Assembly: GCA_040954595.2 (NCBI GenBank)
Contig: CM082584.2
Location: 1,536,281 to 1,600,280, forward strand
Source of the DNA: Balanoglossus misakiensis
Lineage: Eukaryota; Animalia; Hemichordata
Length of the DNA: 64,000 nucleotides
Reading direction: 5' to 3'
Shown: positions 53,159-64,000 of the stretch, piece after piece
How the letters are laid out: each line of letters begins with the position of its first letter
Position numbering within the stretch: position 1 is the first letter of the stretch
Notes under the pieces: generated by a model
The model's database searches: none
Told to the model about the DNA's origin: nothing
The model's input: only the letters and a program-made list of their open reading frames with translations
Translations under genes and position numbers: made by a program

Positions 53159-53940
53159 GATTTTTGATTTGATTTGGTTTCAGGGTGATTTCTCATGATG
53201 ATTTACAAAACCTATGACTGATTACTTTGAAATTTGAGTAGGAAGTTAATTGGATGTGTTTGTTTAGATAATGGAATCAAATAAAGTTATTCATTCTTCA
53301 CCTTCATTCTTCACCTCATTTCATTTATTGGCTGGTTTGTCTATTGTATCAGGGAAGAGTACTTGCCATCCCACCCCACCGATGCAAACTTTGAGTGGCA
53401 AAAGTAAAATTTGTCATAACATTGAGTTAATTTGCTTTTGGGCTCACTAAAATGCAACTTTGAGCTCTGTATTTGTACAAAATTTTCATTAATTGGCTGG
53501 TTTGTCTATTGTACCAGGCCAGCATACATAAGATCAAGATGTTTTCGGGGCTGGGGGGGGGGCATCATATTTTATTGCCTCTCTATGTGTGTGTCTGTCT
53601 GTCTGTACTCCTGTGTAGACTTTTTCTAGTGTAATCACTAAATGAGACCACAGTGTCCTTGACGCTATTTTTTGCGATTTTCAATGACCCTGGGGTAACC
53701 TTTGACCAGCTTTCATATATCTTGGTATTCACAGCAGAATACAGCCTTGGCATACCCTGGTAACCATGGGAACTGTTTGGGCCCAACCAATGGTGCTGGC
53801 AGCGTTAATTTTTAAATGATTTCTTCTTGTCGTTTTCTTTATCAATATGATGACTTGACCTAATCAGATTATTAAAATAATTTTATTCTTTTTTTACATT
53901 AGGTTCTTTGGTAACACTGCTGCTGGAGGGAGTGTAATAT

Positions 53941-54650
53941 TTGTAACGACGTCGCCACCTAATACTGTACTGGAGGTATGAACTTAAACTTGTAACGACG
54001 CCGCCACCTAATACTGTACTGGAGAGATGAAGTTAATACTTGTAACGACGCCGCCACCTAATACTGTACTGGAGAGATGAAGTTAATACTTGTAACGACG
54101 CCGCCACCTAATACTGTACTGGAGAGATGAACTTAATACTTGTAACGACGCCGCCACCTAATACTGTACTGGAGAGATGAAGTTAATACTTGTAACGACG
54201 CCGCCACCTAATACTGTACTGGAGAGATGAAGTTAATACTTGTAACGACGCCGCCACCTAATACTGTACTGGAGAGATGAAGTTAATACTTGTAACGACG
54301 CCGCCACCTAATACTGTACTGGAGAGATGAAGTTAATACTTGTAACGACGCCGCCACCTAATACTGTACTGGAGAGATGAAGTTAATACTTGTAACGACG
54401 CCGCCACCTAATACTGTACTGGAGGGATGAACTTAAACTTGTAACGACGCCGCCACCTAATACTGTACTGGAGAGATGAAGTTAATACTTGTAACGACGC
54501 CGCCACCTAATACTGTACTGGAGAGATGAAGTTAATACTTGTAACGACGCCGCCACCTAATACTGTACTGGAGAGATGAACTTAATACTTGTAACGACGC
54601 CGCCACCTTATACTGTACTGGAGGGATGAACTTAAACCTGTAACGACGCC
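53941..54650. repeat. Minisatellite, 49-50-bp unit, 14 full copies plus a partial
   Basis: Unit TGTAACGACGCCGCCACCTAATACTGTACTGGAGAGATGAAGTTAATACT starts at 53991, 54041, 54091 and so on, with no spacers. Confidence 0.97.
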
Positions 54651-54837
54651 AGATGATGCTCCTGTGACCAGAGGGATGAACGACGCCATAATTTGTTGAT
54701 CTGATCTAATTAATAATATTCATTCTTTTTTTTCAATAGGTTCATTGGTATTATCATCGCCGGAGGGAGTCTAATCAATATCTACAACAACGCCGCACCA
54801 GATAACAATATCAAAACCAGAGGGATGCTGTCAATAG

Positions 54838-55010
54838 GTTAGGCTAATAAAAATGGTTTAATCTGAGGGAATGGTAAAGGGTTGGTGTATGAATATGTTA
54901 GGGTAATAAAAAATGGTATAATCTAACGGAATGGTGAAGGGTTGGTGTATAAACAGGTTAGGCTAATAAAAATGGTATAATCTAATGAAATGGTGAAGGG
55001 TTGGTGTATG
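54838..55010. repeat. ~59-bp tandem repeat x3
   Basis: GTTAGG.TAATAAAAATGGT.TAATCT....AATGGT.AAGGGTTGGTGTAT occurs three times. Confidence 0.9.
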
Positions 55011-55447
55011 ATGACTAATAAGACATTGTGCACAAGGGTACTATAATAAAACTGTCTGCAAGGGTATAATATTATGGTTTCAAGGGTATGATAAGTAATT
55101 AAAATACTATAAAAACATGAGTAATGCCACGTGGTAAATAAAAACTGTACATGTACAGAGGGTAAATACCGGTATAATATATAAAGGTGTTAACATCAAT
55201 GGTGTAATAATAAAAAAAATGGGTAACACATGGTTTTGGTGGTATAATAATAATAAAATGGTATTAACTTGATGGTATAAACATTATGGGATGTGTATAA
55301 ACGGTGTTAATATTACAAAGGTATAATGATTAGTTGGGGTGTAATAATAAGAAATTTAAAATCATTGGGTAATTTATTAGTGTCAGGTTGGGTAAAATAA
55401 TTGTTGCTATGCATTCGTGTAATAATTGTCTGCGGATTTTTTGCAGC

Positions 55448-55630
55448 GTTACCCGCGTTCGCGTTCTTCATTGCAGGTCGCTCGTCATGTAATGGAATTT
55501 CGCCGTGTGCCCGTTTGATTCGCCGATGGATTTTTTACAACGTTACCCGCGTTCGCGTTCTTCATCGCAGTTGGATCGTCGTGTAATGGAATTTCGCCGT
55601 GTGCCCGTTTGATTCGCCGATGGATTTTTT
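55448..55630. repeat. 93-bp CpG-rich direct repeat x2
   Basis: CGTTACCCGCGTTCGCGTTCTTCAT...GTAATGGAATTTCGCCGTGTGCCCGTTTGATTCGCCGATGGATTTTTT occurs at 55448 and 55541. Confidence 0.9.
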
Positions 55631-56058
55631 GCTTTCGTCATCGTAATTCCCGCATCAACACGAATCCTCAATCTCGCGTAACAACAATACATCAAAATGT
55701 ACACAGAAAAATAGGAGTCGGCAAGACAATTCTGGTTAGTTTGAGCCCCAACCTTTTAAAATTCACAACGGGGGAGGGGGCAGTTTTTCCTCATTTTATA
55801 TTTGGCTCGAGGTTTTTAACTGTCCCCAGGCGCGTAAAGTTAGTTAGTTTATCACACAGTATGTAATTATCTTGCTTGATTTAAAAAAAACACTAAAATT
55901 GTATGGGGGAGCTTCTTGCGATTTGCACTTAAGAAACTGATGGTTTGTACCCATAGATAATATTTAGTATTAAGCACATAATTGCCTGGAAATAAAAATT
56001 AACTCAAGGGTAGAATGCAACAGTTAATTTTGTGCAATATCAACAGGAGCTATTTTGG

Positions 56059-56165
56059 CACATTATTTCAGTTTGATAAACACTGTTTTTGCTCATTGTT
56101 TCATTTCGACCACATTATTTCAGTTTGATAAACACTGTTTTTGCTTATTGTTTCATTTCAACCAC
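56059..56165. repeat. ~52-bp direct repeat x2
   Basis: CACATTATTTCAGTTTGATAAACACTGTTTTTGCT.ATTGTTTCATTTC occurs twice. Confidence 0.9.
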
Positions 56166-56569
56166 TTTTGTCACCTTGTTTTAAATTGAATGCAAGCATT
56201 GTTTCTGTTTGACCACTACTTGGGGTAATTGTTCCAAATTGGTATGCAAGATATTTTACATCAGCAGTTAGCCATCTAGCCACACTTTAGCTGCACAGCA
56301 TATGAAAAATAATGAAATTCATGCAAAAAGCAAAAAAGTATTATGGGTATAATGCCATTGCAGCATTGGCGGTTCGACTCCGTCGATACTTACTTTGAAG
56401 CATAAGTCTTCATTATTTTTCATATGTAATAAATAAAACTCTTCCAAATTCATATCTTTGTTTTAAGTTTGTGCTTTTGCTTCAGTTAGGGGGCCCACAT
56501 TTACCAAACCTGTCTTGCCATCTTTTCACATTTCTTCAAATATGCAGCGCCAGCGGTAGGCAGTATTTG

Positions 56570-59500
56570 ATCAAATTGACCCACAAATCACTCAAAATTA
56601 ATAGGCAGGATACTGTCCACTCTGGCCTGGTTACTGTCTGGCCTGCTTAATGTTGACGCAAAGGTTGACCCCACCAAACACTCAAAATTAATAGGCAGCA
56701 TACTGGCCACTCTGGCCTAGTTAATGTTGACGCAAAGGTTGACCCCCACCAAACACTCAAAATTAATGGGCACGATACTGGCCACTCTGGCCTAGTTAAT
56801 GTTGACGCAAAGGTTGACCCCACCAAACACTCAAAATCAATGGGCAGCATACTGTCCACTATGGCCTGGTTACTGTGTGCTCTGGTTAATGTTGACGCAA
56901 ATGTTGACCCCACCAAACACTCAAAATTAATGGGCAGCACACTGTCCACTACGGCCTGGTTACTGTGTGCTCTGGTTAATGTTGATGCAAAGGTTGACCC
57001 CACCAAACACTCAAAATTAATGGGCAGAACACTGTCCACTATGGCCTGGTTACTGTGTGCTCTGGTTAATGTTGATGCAAAGGTTGACCCCACCAAACAC
57101 TCAAAATTAATGGGCAGGATACTGGCCACTCTGGCCTAGTTAATGTTGACGCAAAGGTTGACCCCCACCAAACACTCAAAATTAATGGGCACGATACTGG
57201 TCACTCTGGCCTAGTTAATGTTGACGCAAAGGTTGACCCCACCAAACACTCAAAATTAATGGGCAGCACACTGTCCACTACGGCCTGGTTACTGTGTGCT
57301 CTGGTTAATGTTGATGCAAAGGTTGACCCCACCAAACACTCAAAATTAATGAGCAGAACACTGTCCACTATGGCCTGGTTACTGTGTGCTCTGGTTAATG
57401 TTGATGCAAAGGTTGACCCCACCAAACACTCAAAATTAATGGGCAGGATACTGGCCACTCTGGCCTAGTTAATGTTGACGCAAAGGTTGACCCCCACCAA
57501 ACACTCAAAATTAATGGGCACGATACTGGCCACACTGGCCTAGTTAATGTTGACGCAAAGGTTGACCCCCACGAAACACTCAAAATTAATGGGCACGATA
57601 CTGGCCACTCTGGCCTAGTTAATGTTGACGCAAAGGTTGACCCCACCAAACACTCAAAATTAATGGGCAGCACACTGTCCACTACGGCCTGGTTACTGTG
57701 TGCTCTGGTTAATGTTGACGCAAAGGTTGACCCCCACCAAACACTCAAAATTAATGGGCACGATACTGGCCACTCTGGCCTAGTTAATGTTGACGCAAAG
57801 GTTGACCCCACCAAACACTCAAAATCAATGGGCAGCATACTGTCCACTATGGCCTGGTTACTGTGTGCTCTGGTTAATGTTGACGCAAATGTTGACCCCA
57901 CCAAACACTCAAAATTAATGGGCAGCACACTGTCCACTACGGCCTGGTTACTGTGTGCTCTGGTTAATGTTGATGCAAAGGTTGACCCCACCAAACACTC
58001 AAAATTAATGGGCAGAACACTGTCCACTATGGCCTGGTTACTGTGTGCTCTGGTTAATGTTGATGCAAAGGTTGACCCCACCAAACACTCAAAATTAATG
58101 GGCAGGATACTGGCCACTCTGGCCTAGTTAATGTTGACGCAAAGGTTGACCCCCACCAAACACTCAAAATTAATGGGCACGATACTGGTCACTCTGGCCT
58201 AGTTAATGTTGACGCAAAGGTTGACCCCACCAAACACTCAAAATTAATGGGCAGCACACTGTCCACTACGGCCTGGTTACTGTGTGCTCTGGTTAATGTT
58301 GATGCAAAGGTTGACCCCACCAAACACTCAAAATTAATGAGCAGAACACTGTCCACTATGGCCTGGTTACTGTGTGCTCTGGTTAATGTTGATGCAAAGG
58401 TTGACCCCACCAAACACTCAAAATTAATGGGCAGGATACTGGCCACTCTGGCCTAGTTAATGTTGACGCAAAGGTTGACCCCCACCAAACACTCAAAATT
58501 AATGGGCACGATACTGGCCACACTGGCCTAGTTAATGTTGACGCAAAGGTTGACCCCCACGAAACACTCAAAATTAATGGGCACGATACTGGCCACTCTG
58601 GCCTAGTTAATGTTGACGCAAAGGTTGACCCCACCAAACACTCAAAATTAATGGGCAGCACACTGTCCACTACGGCCTGGTTACTGTGTGCTCTGGTTAA
58701 TGTTGACGCAAAGGTTGACCCCACCAAACACTCAAAATTAATGGGCAGAACACTGTCCACTATGGCCTGGTTACTGTGTGCTCTGGTTAATGTTGACGCA
58801 AAGGTTGACCCCACCAAACACTCAAAATTAATGGGCAGAACACTGTCCACTACGGCCTGGTTATTGTGTGCTCTGGTTAATGTTGACGCAAAGGTTGACG
58901 CCACCAAACACTCAAAATCAATGGGCAGCATACTGTCCACTATGGCCTGGTTACTGTGTGCTCTGGTTAATGTTGACGCAAAGGTTGACCCCACCAAACA
59001 CTCAAAATTAATGGGCAGCACACTGTCCACTATGGCCTGGTTACTGTGTGCTCTGGTTAATGTTGACGCAAAGGTTGACCCCACCAAACACTCAAAATTA
59101 ATGGGCAGAACACTGTCCACTATGGCCTGGTTACTGTGTGCTCTGGTTAATGTTGATGCAAAGGTTGACCCCACCAAACACTCAAAATTAATGGGCAGGA
59201 TACTGGCCACTCTGGCCTAGTTAATGTTGACGCAAAGGTTGACCCCCACCAAACACTCAAAATTAATGGGCACGATACTGGTCACTCTGGCCTAGTTAAT
59301 GTTGACGCAAAGGTTGACCCCACCAAACACTCAAAATTAATGGGCAGAACACTGTCCACTATGGCCTGGTTACTCTGTGCTCTGGTTAATGTTGACGCAA
59401 AGGTTGACCCCACCAAACACTCAAAATTAATGGGCAGAACACTGTCCACTACGGCCTGGTTACTGTGTGCTCTGGTTAATGTTAACGCAAAGGTTGACCC

Positions 59501-62500
59501 CACCAAACACTCAAAATTAATGGGCAGAACACTGTCCACTATGGCCTGGTTACTGTGTGCTCTGGTTAATGTTGACGCAAAGGTTGACCCCACCAAACAC
59601 TCAAAATTAATGGGCAGAACACTGTCCACTACGGCCTGGTTACTGTGTGCTCTGGTTAATGTTGACGCAAAGGTTGACCCCACCAAACACTCAAAATTAA
59701 TGGGCAGCACACTGTCCACTATGGCCTGGTTACTGTGTGCTCTGGTTAATGTTGACGCAAAGGTTGACCCCACCAAACACTCAAAATTAATGGGCAGAAC
59801 ACTGTCCACTACGGCCTGGTTACTGTGTGCTCTGGTTAATGTTGACACAAAGGTTGACCCCACCAAACACTCAAAATTAATGGGCAGAACACTGTCCACT
59901 ATGGCCTGGTTACTGTGTGCTCTGGTTAATGTTGACGCAAAGGTTGACCCCACCAAACACTCAAAATTAATGGGCAGCACACTGTCCACTATGGCCTGGT
60001 TACTGTGTGCTCTGGTTAATGTTGACGCAAAGGTTGACCCCACCAAACACTCAAAATTAATGGGCAGAACACTGTCCACTATGGCCTGGTTACTGTGTGC
60101 TCTGGTTAATGTTGATGCAAAGGTTGACCCCACCAAACACTCAAAATTAATGGGCAGGATACTGGCCACTCTGGCCTAGTTAATGTTGACGCAAAGGTTG
60201 ACCCCCACCAAACACTCAAAATTAATGGGCACGATACTGGCCACTCTGGCCTAGTTAATGTTGACGCAAAGGTTGACCCCCACGAAACACTCAAAATTAA
60301 TGGGCACGATACTGGCCACTCTGGCCTAGTTAATGTTGACGCAAAGGTTGACCCCACCAAACACTCAAAATTAATGGGCAGCACACTGTCCACTACGGCC
60401 TGGTTACTGTGTGCTCTGGTTAATGTTGACGCAAAGGTTGACCCCACCAAACACTCAAAATTAATGGGCAGAACACTGTCCACTATGGCCTGGTTACTGT
60501 GTGCTCTGGTTAATGTTGACGCAAAGGTTGACCCCACCAAACACTCAAAATTAATGGGCAGAACACTGTCCACTACGGCCTGGTTATTGTGTGCTCTGGT
60601 TAATGTTGACGCAAAGGTTGACGCCACCAAACACTCAAAATCAATGGGCAGCATACTGTCCACTATGGCCTGGTTACTGTGTGCTCTGGTTAATGTTGAC
60701 GCAAAGGTTGACCCCACCAAACACTCAAAATTAATGGGCAGCACACTGTCCACTATGGCCTGGTTACTGTGTGCTCTGGTTAATGTTGACGCAAAGGTTG
60801 ACCCCACCAAACACTCAAAATTAATGGGCAGAACACTGTCCACTACGGCCTGGTTACTGTGTGCTCTGGTTAATGTTGACGCAAAGGTTGACCCCACCAA
60901 ACACTCAAAATTAATGGGCAGAACACTGTCCACTACGGCCTGGTTACTGTGTGCTCTGGTTAATGTTGACGCAAAGGTTGACCCCACCAAACACTCAAAA
61001 TTAATGGGCAGAACACTGTCCACTACGGCCTGGTTACTGTGTGCTCTGGTTAATGTTGACGCAAAGGTTGACCCCACCAAACACTCAAAATTAATGGGCA
61101 GAACACTGTCCACTACGGCCTGGTTACTGTGTGCTCTGGTTAATGTTGACGCAAAGGTTGACCCCACCAAACACTCAAAATTAATGGGCAGCACACTGTC
61201 CACTATGGCCTGGTTACTGTGTGCTCTGGTTAATGTTGACGCAAAGGTTGACCCCACCAAACACTCAAAATTAATGGGCAGAACACTGTCCACTACGGCC
61301 TGGTTACTGTGTGCTCTGGTTAATGTTGACGCAAAGGTTGACCCCCACCAAACACTCAAAATTAATGGGCACGATACTGGCCACTCTGGCCTAGTTAATG
61401 TTGACGCAAAGGTTGACCCCACCAAACACTCAAAATTAATGGGCACGATACTGGCCACTCTGGCCTAGTTAATGTTGACGCAAAGGTTGACCCCACCAAA
61501 CACTCAAAATTAATGGGCACGATACTGGCCACTCTGGCCTAGTTAATGTTGACGCAAAGGTTGACCCCACCAAACACTCAAAATTAATGGGCACGATACT
61601 GGCCACTCTGGCCTAGTTAATGTTGACGCAAAGGTTGACCCCACCAAACACTCAAAATTAATGGGCAGAACACTGTCCACTATGGCCTGGTTACTCTGTG
61701 CTCTGGTTAATGTTGACGCAAAGGTTGACCCCACCAAACACTCAAAATTAATGGGCAGAACACTGTCCACTACGGCCTGGTTACTGTGTGCTCTGGTTAA
61801 TGTTGACGCAAAGGTTGACCCCACCAAACACTCAAAATTAATGGGCAGAACACTGTCCACTATGGCCTGGTTACTGTGTGCTCTGGTTAATGTTGACGCA
61901 AAGGTTGACCCCACCAAACACTCAAAATTAATGGGCAGCACACTGTCCACTACGGCCTGGTTACTGTGTGCTCTGGTTAATGTTGACGCAAAGGTTGACC
62001 CCACCAAACACTCAAAATTAATGGGCAGAACACTGTCCACTACGGCCTGGTTACTGTGTGCTCTGGTTAATGTTGACGCAAAGGTTGACCCCACCAAACA
62101 CTCAAAATTAATGGGCAGAACACTGTCCACTACGGCCTGGTTACTGTGTGCTCTGGTTAATGTTGACGCAAAGGTTGACCCCACCAAACACTCAAAATTA
62201 ATGGGCAGAACACTGTCCACTACGGCCTGGTTACTGTGTGCTCTGGTTAATGTTGACGCAAAGGTTGACCCCACCAAACACTCAAAATTAATGGGCAGAA
62301 CACTGTCCACTACGGCCTGGTTACTGTGTGCTCTGGTTAATGTTGACGCAAAGGTTGACCCCACCAAACACTCAAAATTAATGGGCAGAACACTGTCCAC
62401 TACGGCCTGGTTACTGTGTGCTCTGGTTAATGTTGACGCAAAGGTTGACCCCACCAAACACTCAAAATTAATGGGCAGAACACTGTCCACTACGGCCTGG

Positions 62501-64000
62501 TTACTGTGTGCTCTGGTTAATGTTGACGCAAAGGTTGACCCCACCAAACACTCAAAATTAATGGGCAGAACACTGTCCACTACGGCCTGGTTACTGTGTG
62601 CTCTGGTTAATGTTGACGCAAAGGTTGACCCCACCAAACACTCAAAATTAATGGGCAGAACACTGTCCACTATGGCCTGGTTACTGTGTGCTCTGGTTAA
62701 TGTTGACGCAAAGGTTGACCCCACCAAACACTCAAAATTAATGGGCAGAACACTGTCCACTACGGCCTGGTTACTGTGTGCTCTGGTTAATGTTGACGCA
62801 AAGGTTGACCCCACCAAACACTCAAAATTAATGGGCAGCACACTGTCCACTATGGCCTGGTTACTGTGTGCTCTGGTTAATGTTGACGCAAAGGTTGACC
62901 CCACCAAACACTCAAAATTAATGGGCAGAACACTGTCCACTACGGCCTGGTTACTGTGTGCTCTGGTTAATGTTGACGCAATGGTTGACCCCACCAAACA
63001 CTCAAAATTAATGGGCAGAACACTGTCCACTATGGCCTGGTTACTGTGTGCTCTGGTTAATGTTGACGCAAAGGTTGACCCCACCAAACACTCAAAATTA
63101 ATGGGCAGAACACTGTCCACTACGGTCTGGTTACTGTGTGCTCTGGTTAATGTTGACGCAAAGGTTGACCCCACCAAACACTCAAAATTAATGGGCAGAA
63201 CACTGTCCACTATGGCCTGGTTACTGTGTGCTCTGGTTAATGTTGACGCAAAGGTTGACCCCACCAAACACTCAAAATTAATGGGCAGCACACTGTCCAC
63301 TATGGCCTGGTTACTGTGTGCTCTGGTTAATGTTGACGCAAAGGTTGACCCCACCAAACACTCAAAATTAATGGGCAGAACACTGTCCACTACGGCCTGG
63401 TTACTGTGTGCGCTGGTTAATGTTGACGCAAAGGTTGACCCCCACCAAACACTCAAAATTAATGGGCACGATACTGGCCACTCTGGCCTAGTTAATGTTG
63501 ACGCAAAGGTTGACCCCACCAAACACTCAAAATTAATGGGCACGATACTGGCCACTCTGGCCTAGTTAATGTTGACGCAAAGTTTGACCCCACCAAACAC
63601 TCAAAATTAATGGGCACGATACTGGCCACTCTGGCCTAGTTAATGTTGACGCAAAGGTTGACCCCACCAAACACTCAAAATTAATGGGCACGATACTGGC
63701 CACTCTGGCCTAGTTAATGTTGACGCAAAGGTTGACCCCACCAAACACTCAAAATTAATGGGCACGATACTGGCCACTCTGGCCTAGTTAATGTTGACGC
63801 AAAGGTTGACCCCACCAAACACTCAAAATTAATGGGCAGAACACTGTCCACTACGGCCTGGTTACTGTGTGCTCTGGTTAATGTTGACGCAAAGGTTGAC
63901 CCCACCAAACACTCAAAATTAATGGGCAGAACACTGTCCACTCGACCTGGTTACTGTGTGCTCTGGTTAATGTTGACGCAAAGGTTGACCCCACCAAACA
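56570..64000. repeat. Tandem satellite array 2 with 90-bp and 74/75-bp monomers (runs off the right edge)
   Basis: The shared core TTAATGTTGACGCAAAGGTTGACCCCACCAAACACTCAAAATTAATGGGCA is followed by either GAACACTGTCCACTA(C/T)GGCCTGGTTACTGTGTGCTCTGG (90 bp) or CGATACTGGCCACTCTGGCCTAG (74/75 bp). The first unit is degenerate. Identical ORF coordinates recur at offsets of 988 and 1723 bp. Confidence 0.98.

Larger units (their letters stand above)
38786..53230 (+). mobile_element. Cluster of HINE/DINE-1-like elements and their diverged core repeats (discontinuous, with other elements nested)
   Basis: The 5' module T-run + AGGTCCCAT...ATGG(G)ACCTTA stem-loop + (GTAT/GTCT)n microsatellite occurs at ~38789, 39310, 45817, 46311 and 48335. 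A second type, TTTTTAGCTCACCTG...GTGAGCTTA + microsatellite, occurs at ~40130. These are followed by diverged repeats containing CAGATTG.TTTGAAA.TTGGTA.G and TTTGCATAT. Confidence 0.6.

Noticed and set aside
53941-54650. CRISPR-like array
   Set aside because: The units are contiguous and near-identical, with no unique spacers and no cas genes, in a eukaryotic context.
56647-63941. Long repeat-protein CDS (up to 670 aa) on either strand
   Set aside because: They follow from a stop-free 90-bp monomer. The 74-bp units disrupt frames, and there is no unique N- or C-terminal domain.

Overview
Eukaryotic, AT-rich and repeat-dominated DNA; the repeat repertoire suggests a marine invertebrate, but that is an impression only. 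The window has three blocks. (1) 1-17906 is a ~78-bp tandem satellite with higher-order repeats. (2) ~17907-56570 is a ~38.6-kb island of transposon debris: a degenerate CR1/L2-group LINE split by a TTAA-flanked insertion, two L2 3' ends, an intron-containing hAT (ZNF862-like) transposase pseudogene, several Kolobok-type TTAA elements, a Transib-like element with CACAGTA ends and a 5-bp TSD, HINE/Helentron-like elements, a ~4-kb segmental duplication and small tandem repeats. (3) ~56570-64000 is a second, unrelated satellite mixing 90-bp and 74/75-bp monomers. No intact protein-coding gene, RNA gene or CRISPR array can be supported, and the long ORFs in both satellites are repeat artefacts. 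The best candidates for something undescribed are a + strand series of duplicated 63-75-nt mini-exons with strong splice signals, an orphan PPxY-containing exon, and the Transib/RSS-like element. All family assignments come from motif recognition by eye, not database searches.
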